From positions 1 to 52,869 of the forward strand of contig JAUCBJ010004266.1 in assembly GCA_032718475.1 (NCBI GenBank): 52,869 nucleotides of DNA, read 5' to 3'. The notes below the pieces were generated by a model that saw only the letters and a program-made list of their open reading frames with translations, did no database searches and was not told the origin of the DNA. This DNA comes from Nemertoderma westbladi. Lineage: Eukaryota; Animalia; Xenacoelomorpha. Each line of letters opens with the position of its first letter. Position 1 is the first letter of the stretch. The translations under genes and the position numbers were made by a program. Of the stretch, positions 28,001-40,000 are shown piece by piece.

Positions 28001-31000
28001 GAAATATATTCGAAAATTTGGGAAATTAACATCATTTTTTATCGAGAAGTTTATCCTCAGTGGCGAACTCATTTCAATTATATATATACGGTTATATATA
28101 TATACCTTATAATATATACCTACCCATTACTGTTGTAATGATCAACAGGTTTTTAAACAATATTTTTTATTTGTATAATAATTTCAATTATTTTTTGCCG
28201 GTATTATATATTTTTAATTATTTTTATTTATTTATATTTGTACCTATATTATATACATCTATATCGTATTATTTTTATATTTTCTAAATTGAATCATAAA
28301 CCATTTTGAAACCCATTAGGCCATTTCGTGCTCATCACCCCCCTTGATTAGTATAGTTTACCTCTATAACGGGGGATATATATAAATTGCCAGTGAGTTT
28401 GTTTTTGCTGCTCATATAAATGGGAGGAGTTCAGGTTATTAAATAACGATATATATATATCTACATAAATATAGTGCTACTTGATTGTGTTTAATTGTGT
28501 TGTGTTTCCATAGCTGTTTTCTATAGCATTTGTGTTTCCATAGGTAATTTGAAATCTGCATATGTTCAATCTTTCTATAATAAAACTGCCCAACGTCTGT
28601 GAAAAAAGTCTGTGTTATTGTGTTTAATTGTGTCACTTATATAATTGTGCTGTGTTTCCATAGCTGTTTTCTACAGCATTTATGTTTCCATAGGTGTTTT
28701 CTATAGCATAGGTAACTTGATATGTGCATATGTTCAATCTTTCTATAATCAAACTGCCAAACGTCTGTGAAAAAAGTCTGTGTTATTCAAGAAAAATGCC
28801 ATTTTTTATATTCAAACTGCCACTTTTATTCAAGCAACATGCATTCTTTTATCAAACAAGAGGATCTCGTCCAAATAGAAAGTCCGTGTTATTCAAGAAA
28901 AATGCCATTTTTTATATTCAAACTGCCACTTTTATTCAAGCAACTGGCATTCTTTTATCAAACAAGAGGATCTCGTCCAAATAGAAAGTCCGTGTTATTC
29001 AAGAAAAATGCCATTTTTTATATTAAACTGCCACTTTTATTCAAGCAACATGCATTCTTTTATCAAACAAGAGGATCTCGTCCAAATAGAAAGTCCGTGT
29101 TATTCAAGAAAAATGCCATTTTTTATATTAAACTGCCACTTTTATTCAAGAAACTGGCATTCTTTTATCAAACAAGAGGATCTCGTCCAAATAGAAAGTC
29201 CGTGTTATTCAAGAAAAATGCAATTTTTTATATTCAAACTGCCACTTTTATTCAAGCAACTGGCATTCTTTTATCAAACAAGAGGATCTCGTCCAAATAG
29301 AAAGTCCGTGTTATTCAAGAAAAATGCCATTTTTTATATTCAAACTGCCACTTTTATTCAAGCAACTGGCATTCTTTTATCAAACAAGAGGATCTCGTCC
29401 AAATAGAAAGTCCGTGTTATTCAAGAAAAAGGCCATCTTATAAAAATTAAACAACCACTTATTAATTTTATAACTGCAGGTTTGATAAGCAACTATAATC
29501 CTAATAAGCGTTAGTTTATTTGAAATTTTTAACCGCCGGTTTTCCAAAAAAGCGCCTCGTTCTGGTGTTGCACTTTAAGCGCAACTTTTTTGGAAAACCG
29601 GTGATTTTTTAGTAAAAAAACGCCAGTTACTTCTTTCAGTGTAGTTTGATAGTTGCAATTAGTTTGTTAAATTATTATCAAAATTTATATATTTTCTAAC
29701 ATATATTTAACCGAATCTACCTAAGACAACACCTCATTTTTTAAGAAATTTAACGATACATAATCTTGCGTCGCAGTACAAACAAGAGCCACAGTTGAAA
29801 CATATTGTTCAGAAACAATAAATGGCTCTAATATAACGATATTATACGGAATACTAACGAGCCGAAGTAATTGGCCTCCTTAATATCAGTGGTTGTGTTG
29901 CAATGACCGCAATAACGTAGTTTGTAATCGTAAGCGTCGCGTTCCAAACCGCGTTCCTCTACCGACTCATTTCGCATTGGGGAGTGGCCGTTCGAGTCAC
30001 GGGAACGTTCGCATTTACCTGAAAAAAAAACAGGGAAAATACAAAAATCGACGAAAACGGGTAGGGTGCCACCGACTTGTATTGTATGCTCGGTTATACA
30101 CTGTACAGTATACATAAACGGAACAATTATTGAACTAATGACTCAGTCCTATATAAATGCGTTTTAAACTTTTATTCATTCTTGATTGTCATATAAAGTC
30201 CAAGGATCATCATAGTCATTAGTAGAATAGTATCTATCAATTATTTAGGTTTAAAGATAAACTCGACGCTTCTCTCATGGGCAAATGGACCCCACCAGAC
30301 CTCATCCTAACCAACTGCGTGCGCCGCACTCCGTAGCCACCGCTCGCCATCCCATCCACCCGTATATATTGGGAAATACATCAGGTACCGGGAATTATGT
30401 GCTCATGTTTCCCGTCGATCTAAGCACCGATACTACTACTAGGTCGAGCGAGCTCGGACAGTGGAAATGAGATCCTTCCAGGATTCCCGATCTCTATAGT
30501 TGTCGCGCCCAAACGAAAACAGTATGTGCCATGGCAAAACTCTGAGGTTACTTGTAAGAGAGAAGATCTTAAGATAGCCTACAAAGTTAAAACCGAACAA
30601 CCAACAACCGAAAATATTAACAAGGTTGAGAAAGCTAAAGATGATCTTAAATTGGCCTACCACATCAGCCAGGAAAAGTACATACAGGATAAAATTGAAG
30701 CAATTACAACTGCTCACATACAGCATATTGGGGAAGGGGAATTACATATCAAACACGGTCTTGTATAAATTAATAGGGTGCAATGATCTAGAACAAATGA
30801 TAACACACAATAAATGTCGAATCCTGTACAATGCTTTCAATTGCAGCAATATGAAAATCATACATCTCTATACCACTCTCCTTGGACAGCACCTAACTGG
30901 GATTTGTGATGATAATCTATTTATAATCTATAATCTATTTATATGGCCATTTCATCCTCACGGACGTCTTCAGTAAATAAATCAAAATAACATTAAAACA

Positions 31001-34000
31001 CAATTTATAAACCTAAATCATAATATTAAATTTAAGGTACGGTACAACCAATTATTATGCCACCAAATTCCGATATAGATAGTATGATAGTTTATGTGAT
31101 ATTATTATTATAATTAGTATTATTATATGATAGTAGACAGTATGATAGATGATATTTAGCACCCTTTTTATTTTTATTTTTTAAATTTTTAACAGTTGAA
31201 CGTCTAATACCTTAACAACACATGTAGCCTACAATTCTATCTCTAGGCCTACATACAGTATCACGATAAATCTAAATATGTTAATATAATACATCCTATC
31301 ACACTGTCTATATCGGAATTTGGTGACATAATAATTGGTTGTACCGTATGTTAAATTTAATATTATGGTTTAGGTTTATAAATTGTGTTTTAATGTTATT
31401 TTAATTTATTTATTGAAAACGTCCGTGAGGATGAAATGGCCATATAAATAGAAACTGTTTTCGTTAACCGTGGCATTAGACCCTTTCTACAGTCATTATC
31501 CCTGAAGTTATAACTATGGATACGCCACGAACGGCATCATTTCGACTTCTTTCCCATTTAAATATAGATCTGATCTAGATATTGAAAGGGATACTGAACT
31601 TGGGAGAAACGAAAGAAACGAAATTGCGACAACTATACTACTACTACTACTACTAGGTCGAGCGAACTCGGACAGTGGAAATGAGATCCTTCCAGGCTTC
31701 CCGATTCTCCATAGTTGTCGCAATTTCGTTTCTCCCAAGTTCAGTATCCCTTTCAAGTTGGTCTATATATGTAATGGCCGGTCGTCCACGACTACGCTTT
31801 CTTTGTAAGTAGATCTGGTAAGACATCGTCTTTACTTCTCCAGCAGTGCAACAATTCTCCAGTCGGTAGAATAAATAATGGCAGAATTTTAACCTCAAAA
31901 TGACACGTTTTTCGCTGTAACGATATTAAATGTACAGCCCTCACGGAACAATTACTGATACTAGTTGACTAATGACTCAGTCCTATCGATCCAAATTAAA
32001 CTTTAATTCCATTTTTATTGTCATATAAAGTCAAAGGATCATCATAGTCATAGTCCCTATCCCTACCAATTATTTATTTATGTTTACGGGGGGGGGGGGG
32101 GGGGGGGTTCACCAATTCCGAAAGAAGAAGTAGATTTTTCATTTTCCTCCTTCCGATATTATGAGGATTTCAAAACTTCAAACCGTTTGTTAAAAAAGCT
32201 TATTAAGCTTATTAAAACTTATTTGTTGTGGTTTTTTTGGTCGCTGATTTCATTTCCGATGTCAGTTTTCATGGACGTCATCCACATTGTCTGTTCAGAT
32301 GTCGGTCATATTTTTACGGACAGAACAGACAGCAATTCAGACAGATGAGAAAACTGATTTCTAATTTTAGAAATGAAATCACAGGCCCGGAAAACCCTTG
32401 AAATAAAATGTTCAGCTGGGTTGGGTAACATTTCAATTAATTATTATTACCCTAACCATAAACATTAATATGTATTTACTGGCGAATCCAATTTATAAAT
32501 TTCAAATAGCAAAGGTTCTTACAAAAATGAACGAGTGGAAATGTGGCATGAATGATGATTGGGTGATGGATGCATAACACCTCATATTACCATTTTTTCA
32601 TTTTGTTTGTGGTTGGGGAAATATATGTAAAAAAAGTGTCAAATTTAGGTAAAAAATGGCAAAGCATGTCAAAAAAGCTGGCAAATCAACTTTTTTCCAA
32701 ATAATTTTTGAACATGAGCATTTATCAAAATTCTGGTAATACAGTCGTTTCATGACCACATTGTGCACAAAAATGATGAAATTTTGGGCTCTTTAAGACC
32801 ATCCATCTAAGATCCTGTGGATTTTAAAAAATAATTGCATAAATTATGTTAATTAGGTAGAAAATAATAATTTCGAAAAATGTTTTTGAAATTGTTTTAT
32901 CCTCCTTTTGAATACATAAAATGTGCAAAATTTGCAAATTAATTCATGCTATGCACATTTAATGTGCAAAGCATGAATTAATTTGTATAAAATCCAGTCT
33001 CCTAAATAAGGGGGTGGAAATCAATTAGTGACCCCAACCCCCTTAGGTTAGAATACAGACGACGCTTCTCTCATAAGCAGTAGCAGACCCTAACCCAGCC
33101 ATCGCTCATCCACCGAACCCCCATCCCATCCAGCACCCGTAGTAAATGGGAAAATACATCAGCTACCAAGAATGACCGGCTAGGACAGGGATTACGCACA
33201 AAGTCTGAAGACCTAATAAGACTTAATTCTTAATTCCAGTGCGGTCCCCCAGAACTATACTCCCCAGAGGAAACTCCAGTACTCATTTACTACTACTACT
33301 ACTACTACGATCGGCATGCTGCATTGCAGCTGCATTTTTAAGAATGCTGTGCCGGCTTGTCTACAAAATTGCACCGCCACAACTCCCTACCACCCATGAC
33401 ATTTGCTAGATCATCCGCATCTTCAAGGCCAGTGTCCTTTAAGATGCGTCTCAAGAAAGTCATGGGCTGTCCACCATGCTTATTCACTCCATGAGGCTGC
33501 CAAAGTACAAGATTATGCACTGGCTGGTCCTCACGGCGAAAGCAATGTCCTGCAAAGCGGAGGCGATTTTGTTCTAGTGTCAAGCTAGGGGAGACTAATG
33601 GAAACCTTCCAATGTTGTATAGAGTCTGGTTGGAGATGTGTGCATTGTACTTGACACAACGACTCATTTAGTTACCACTTAAAGATGCAAGGCAGAGCTT
33701 CAAAGCATTCGTGCCGAAGCGAAAACTGCTCTGGCCCATGCGGGGATCGAACCCACGACCTCCGGAAAGATGTGGATTTAAGGCAATGGGTTATTGTTAT
33801 ACCTGCCAAGATATTTCCGTCATTAATACGTTCGAATTTACAATTGGGTTTTACTGACATAATATTTTATTTCACTGACACAATATTTAATATTTATGAC
33901 AAAAATGATATACCAAAAGACTTTAATTATTCGCGCAAATTAATCAAACGCAAACGAAATGACTCAGTCCTATCGATCCAAATAAAACTCTAAATTCATT

Positions 34001-37000
34001 TTTTAATTGTCATATAAAGTCAAAGGATCATCATAGTCATTCATATCCAAAATCGAGTTCAATAATTACAATTTAAAGTGTAAAAATTTATTTACGAAAA
34101 TCCCACCTCATTAACAATTTGTATTATCAATAAAGATAAAACAGCGAGTTAGAGCACAGCGGTAAGATATTCTAAACGAAAACAATAAACGTAGTCAATA
34201 CCAATAGTATAGCACCCCCCCCCCCCCCCCCCCCCTCGGTCAATCTGCATTTAAGAGAAGTGAATAATGCTGATCAGTAAATTCGTTAATTTGCCGTATT
34301 ATTTTGAAAACAAATAAATTGTTCAGGTTTTCTCCGCGCGAGGCGCGACCAACCTTTAACCAGTGCGGCGTCTATTTCATCACGAAGTTGATCGAATGTG
34401 GGACTGCGGGAGTTGGCGGGGAACTTGTCCACGAAGTGGGTCAGTGCGGTTCGGGCTTCCTCTACCCAGGCGAGTTCGTAGAGGCAACGACAGAGCCGGA
34501 AGTGCGCCTTTACATGTCCGGGGTCCAACGACAGTGCGGAGTGGCAGTCCCTCAACGCAGAGTAAATGTCGCCGTCCCTAAAGCAAAAAAAACAAAATAA
34601 AAACAATATTTATTGTTTACAAAAAATTTCAATAAGCGATTGAATATTATTGACTATATTATTACCACGAGAAGACTGGGCTAATACATTAATATTAATA
34701 ATCAATTAAAGGTAAGGAAAGGAACAGGTTACAAAGGCAGCTAACTCCAACCAAAACAATAAACTAGAGTCAATATTGTATAGAACATGATTTGGACTCC
34801 ATCAATAATGGAACAGAATAATATTAAAAATGGGAAAATTAACACAAATAAACATCGTAACATTAACTGACTCACCAACGGCGTTTCATAAAGGCGGCCG
34901 CTCGGTTACCGTAGAGTATTGGAATGTTGTCGTTAATTAGAATGGCGTGACTGTAGAGCGATATCGCTTCGGTGTACCGCTGGTCCGAAAACAATTGGTT
35001 AGCGCGGGACTTTATCATCGCTATCCGTTCAGGGAGGTTATCAGCCCCCACACACTTCCTAAATACAAAAATATAACAACATAGGGGTCGCTTAATCTTA
35101 TTTTGTAGTTTATAAATGTTATAAATTTACTTTGATCTCATGCCTCTCAGGTCAGGGCTTACATAAAAAAAGGCCCGTTAATGGCGGGAGTGTCACATTC
35201 CGTGGTTAATTAATATATTATTTTGATACATGATATGCAAAAAAATATATTTTTTAATTATTTATCGAAAGTTGATGAGTAAAATTCTGTTTCAGATCTG
35301 GAATCACCATCAAATTCTGGTTTAGAATCAGATTAAAACGCAATTTTGGTTTTTTTGACCGAGTAATCGATGAATCACAAATTTGTTACGAATATCACAA
35401 ATTACGCACAATAATTGATTGAAAGCTGTTATTAAAATAATCAAATGAAAAATAAAAATACGGTTATCTAACTGAACGTTTACACACATATAACAAATAC
35501 GTAAATATATTTGAAAATGTAATTAATTATTGTAAACGAGTTAGACTAATGACTCAGTCCTATCGATCCATAATAACATTTAATTCATTTCTTTATTGTC
35601 ATATAAAGTAAAAGGATCATCATCGTCATTATAGACCTGCTAAATAGACTTAATTAGTTAACTTTATCTACATAGCAGGTGGGATGGGATTAACAACACA
35701 CATCAGGAAAATAAACCAAAATGACAAATTAAAAAGTTCAACGCAATACAATAATTATTCATTCATTATTGATGTTATGGGTGAATTAGTGGTTTCATTT
35801 TATTATAACTTTTTGTTTGGTACAGCTTTTGCAAAGTCGGCAATGACGTCCAGGTGGGATAGAACTGGTGACCGGTATTAGTACGTTTGAACGACACTAG
35901 CCAAACAATCCTGAAATCAGATAGAAACTGATAAAAATTGTTACCGGTACCGGTATATCAGTATTGTTAGGCCTACTGTTACTTACTGGGCCTACTGTTA
36001 GTGTACTGTACTCGTGTACTTGGAAACTTATCGAGACTGAGGAGCGCGCTATTGAGTTTGCACAAAGCGTGGAGCTTCTCCCCCGAACTCTACAACAAAA
36101 TGGGCAACCATCCCTACGTCTTTGTCCTTTTCCGCCATTTCCGGGTTGTACTGCGCAATCTAAAATTGCGCTGGTGAAGGACAGGGGATTCATGCGGCTT
36201 GTTTGGCGTTGCTCTAATAAGAACAAGCTGACAAGCGAACTGCACGTTCTGGAACGTGGTTTGAGAAGAGTCGATTCGGGGTGTGAATGTTGGCATAACA
36301 AACGCCACCAACCCGTGGTCTGCTACCAACGGAACAGGGACCTACAAACATGAAACCGTCAACCATTCGTTAGAGTGGGTGAGTGCGACAGGCACTCACA
36401 CTCAACGTATATATAGAGTCGATGTGGGGCCACTTAAAGACGTCAGTCATCCGCAACATATTGCTGGCCACCTGGCATAATTTCGGTGGAGACTTTTAAA
36501 TCGCGAACGACCTTTCTCAAATCTCCTTGCATTTTTCAAACATTACTGCCCTTGCTGAATGTATACCATAACCAACCCAAACGGCCCTTTTCAGGGCCAA
36601 CATATGAAATAAACAACCGTATCGCAACAGCATTATTAGCTTGTCAGCTTGTAATATTTTTTTACAATAAGATACACCCCCAGTCGGAGTAAATATTAAT
36701 TATAATATTGGTAATGTTTTACGGTAGAATGTAATTAAGATTACGTACGCGCACAGTAAATCGTAATTAAACTAATAGATTAAGCTAAAATATTAGCCCT
36801 ACATACGGTAATTAAGCTAGTAAATAATAGTAATAGTAGTAATATAAATTACATTAAAATAATACATTCCCTTCAAAGAACTTAATAAATAATGTCCATG
36901 CAATCCGCAAGGTGGTGCACAATACTGCTATACCGGTACCGGTACCATTATTTATCTGATTTTAGGCTTGTTTGGCTAGTGTCGTTCAAACGTACTAATA

Positions 37001-40000
37001 CCCTGGTGACCTCCGGGTTGGAAGTCTGACGCTCTAACCATTCAGCTAGCGGTTCAGGTAAAATATAGACCTAGAAATACTATCTGATACCTTGTATGTC
37101 CGCAATTTACCTCCTCACGGCCTTCCATCTGTCTATACCATCACCTACTGCCACTGTGCTCAACCCTACAGTACTAGCAGTCAATGGCAGAATATGATGG
37201 TATTGACATATGGGAGGCCATGAGGAGGTAAATTGCGGACATTCAAGGTATCAGATAGTATTTCCAGCTCTATACTTCACATGAGCCACTAGCTGAATGG
37301 TTAGAGCGCCAGACTTCCAACCGCGGTGGTCACCAGTTCGATCCCAGCTGGACGTCATTCCCGACTTTGCAAAGCTACACCCAACAAAATGTTATAAGAA
37401 TTATTAACGTCGTCTAAACTTACCGCCGCTTGTAGCCGTGTTGGTCTACGTGTATACCAGTAGCGCCATATGCCAGATGTTTTCGGAATCCATTAGTGCC
37501 CCCGATTGGCGAGGAAGCGTCACCAAGCTCTGTCGGGAACACAATATTTTAGAATACGTTTTTAACGAAATATTATTAAGAAAATAAACAATAAGTTTTA
37601 AAAACAATAATAAAAAATAAATAAATACCTGAAAATAATATAGGCGCGGTGTGAACACTGTAGCACCGCACAGCACAGCACACGAACTGCACAATTCGTT
37701 TATGTTATTTAAGTGTTGTTATACGGGTTATTTGTTATCTTTCTGTTAGGGGCCGTGCACAAATTATGTCACGCATTTTTTTTACGATTTCCGACTCACC
37801 CTCCCCCTCTGTTACCATCTGTCACGAATTTTGTAACCCCGCCCCCTCCCCCCCTTGAACGTCACGTCACAAAAAATACCAGTATAGTTAATAAAACATG
37901 TTCAATTTGAAATTATTATGTTATTAATAAATGTCACAACATCATTAATTCAGCTGCGTACACAATTACTAAACAAGGAAAACACCCCACATATTCACTC
38001 CCATGGGAATGACGACATCTGAGTTTCGACATCGATCACCCCGGAAGTGCACCAGTTGTGGCACCGGAAGTGGCACTATTGTGCCTTGCTTCCTTGGCAC
38101 TATTGCTTCCTGGGTTTAACTCTACCTCGTCCTTATCTGCCCAGTCAATGTGGTGTTCTTCGTCTTAGAATTAACACTTTATCACTTTATCACTTGAATA
38201 GATTTCACTTTGGCCGTTGATGTATTTTATTTTTTATTTGTTGACCAAAGTGCTATTGTGACGTCACAAATATACCTACCCTACCCCCCCCCCCCCCCCC
38301 CCCCCCCCCTCGACCGTGACATCATTGTGCACGGTCCCTTAACGCTTTTCACAATTCGCACTTTCATATTTAATAACCAACACATTTCAATATTTATTTA
38401 ATTTAATGGAAGAAAATAATCGCAACCGAAACACAGTTTATTTTTTTCGCGTATGAAATTAGATTAAAAAAATCAACGATATTATTATTATAGGGAACTA
38501 GAACACGAACTGCACAATTCGTTTATGTGATTTAAGGTTGTTATACGAGGTTTTTTATCTTTCTGTTACTGATTTATTGATAAATCAAAACGACCGAAAT
38601 AAAAACCAAATGGTTGGCTTTGTGTTGCTAGGCTACTCGGAAACTGCGTTTTTTTTGGACTAGTGTATTGTTTTGGTTGTAATTCTTACATCCTATGGTG
38701 ATTAAGGAGCGGGGGGGGGGGGGGGTGGTGCGGCACCCCCCACACGGTGGTCTAGTACTAAAAATCGGAGTTTTATTCTTTATTTAATGGGGGTAGATCA
38801 CGGATATCCGCTCGGGTATTACACTCGGTTCTGAATTCAGTAGATTTAGCAGAGCACGGATCCGCAGAATACAAACTTTACCAGGGACAATGTTAAATGA
38901 AAGAAACCCGATCCTGATGCGTTTGACTCTGGTAAACTCCTTATTAACTTTTATATTCATAATTAATTAATTATTAATTATTAGGGATGTCCCGGAATCG
39001 ATATTTTGATTCCGGCCGGAACCGGAATTCAACATGCCGGAATATTCCGGCCGGAATTCCGTCCGGAACCGGAATTTTCTATAATTAGTGAAATACACTA
39101 AATGACCCAAGAAACTTTACAATTTTTTGTGAAACAAATGAATTTTTTTAATTTCTAAAGCCAAGTTTGATAATGAGAGGAATCAGAACCTTGGGGGAAT
39201 TAAGGTGGGTGGAGGGGAGAATGACCTGGGTCGTTATGGCCGTTTATGGGGACGGGATGGTACTTCGGCATTTAACGACAGGGAATTTAATATATCATTT
39301 TTTTTAAATCTATAACTTTGGCCAAAAGTTAGGTTTTAGCCTTTAGACTCATACCTAAAACCCTACGTTAACCAAAAACCTATGATTACGCGTCATTAGG
39401 TCCTTTGGTGCAATATCCTGGTGTCTTTAAGGGAAAGGAACATGTTACCGTGACATGTTATTTGAACCAAAATAATAAACGAGGCCAATAGTATATGTTT
39501 ACAGTTTAATTATTTTTAAGAATAAATAGATTTATGGTAAGAAATGGCTTTGCTGTAAATAGAAATAACACTACTATACTCGCAGGACCTGTACGTGTCC
39601 ATTGGTTTTAGGTTAGCGTAGTGTAATATTGTATTTGTAACCAAGTAACATAAAGGAACCCATGGAAAAAGCTGCAAAGCTTTAGGGGTAATCCTATATG
39701 TTACGTTGGACAACACCAATCATAATACTATCATATTATTTAATAATTAATTCAATGTAAAATATTGTAAAATCAATCTAAAAACGCCATTTTATCAGCA
39801 AATTGTAATAAGCAAATTGGAAAAACCATTATTTAAGGCCCGTGCTCCACTGGGTAAGTAAGTCTGTAGTCTTAGTCAGAATAAATTATGGAACACATTG
39901 GTTTAAATGGGAGCGTCTCCAATGGTAAATCGTAAGTTGCGACCTATGAGTCGCAAGTGATTATGTCCCATGTTCCATCTTTTGACATATGAATCATGTG

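Larger units (their letters stand above)
24554..29641. mobile_element. 5.1-kb CACTG...CAGTG non-autonomous DNA transposon (CACTA/EnSpm-like), TA TSD
   Basis: Ends CACTGAAAAAAGTA and TACTTCTTTCAGTG, flanked by TA on both sides; removing the element restores the empty site seen in the other hAT copies. Subterminal AAGTGGCAG motifs on the left and CTGCCACTT motifs on the right. No transposase seen. Confidence 0.85.
24437..29700 (-). mobile_element. Partial hAT (Ac-like) non-autonomous element, split by the CACTG element
   Basis: Starts CAGGGATGTCCCGGAATT. Segments 24437-24553 and 29644-29700 together match the reverse complement of the 3' end of the 38982-40682 copy (…CTAACTAGTTTGATAGTTGCAATTAG…). 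Confidence 0.8.

Noticed and set aside
28724-29406. Repetitive ORFs up to 177 aa
   Set aside because: Translations of the 106-bp subterminal repeat with no domain signal.
37286-37355. Possible tRNA gene (similar segments at ~40322, ~40935 and ~46825)
   Set aside because: A and B boxes are present but there is no convincing acceptor stem or cloverleaf, and all lie inside repeats; treated as SINE-type heads.
37680-38570. ~70-bp direct repeat at ~37680 and ~38503 as LTRs or a large TSD
   Set aside because: Diverged, with no TG..CA ends or internal coding sequence; more likely a local duplication next to a MITE.
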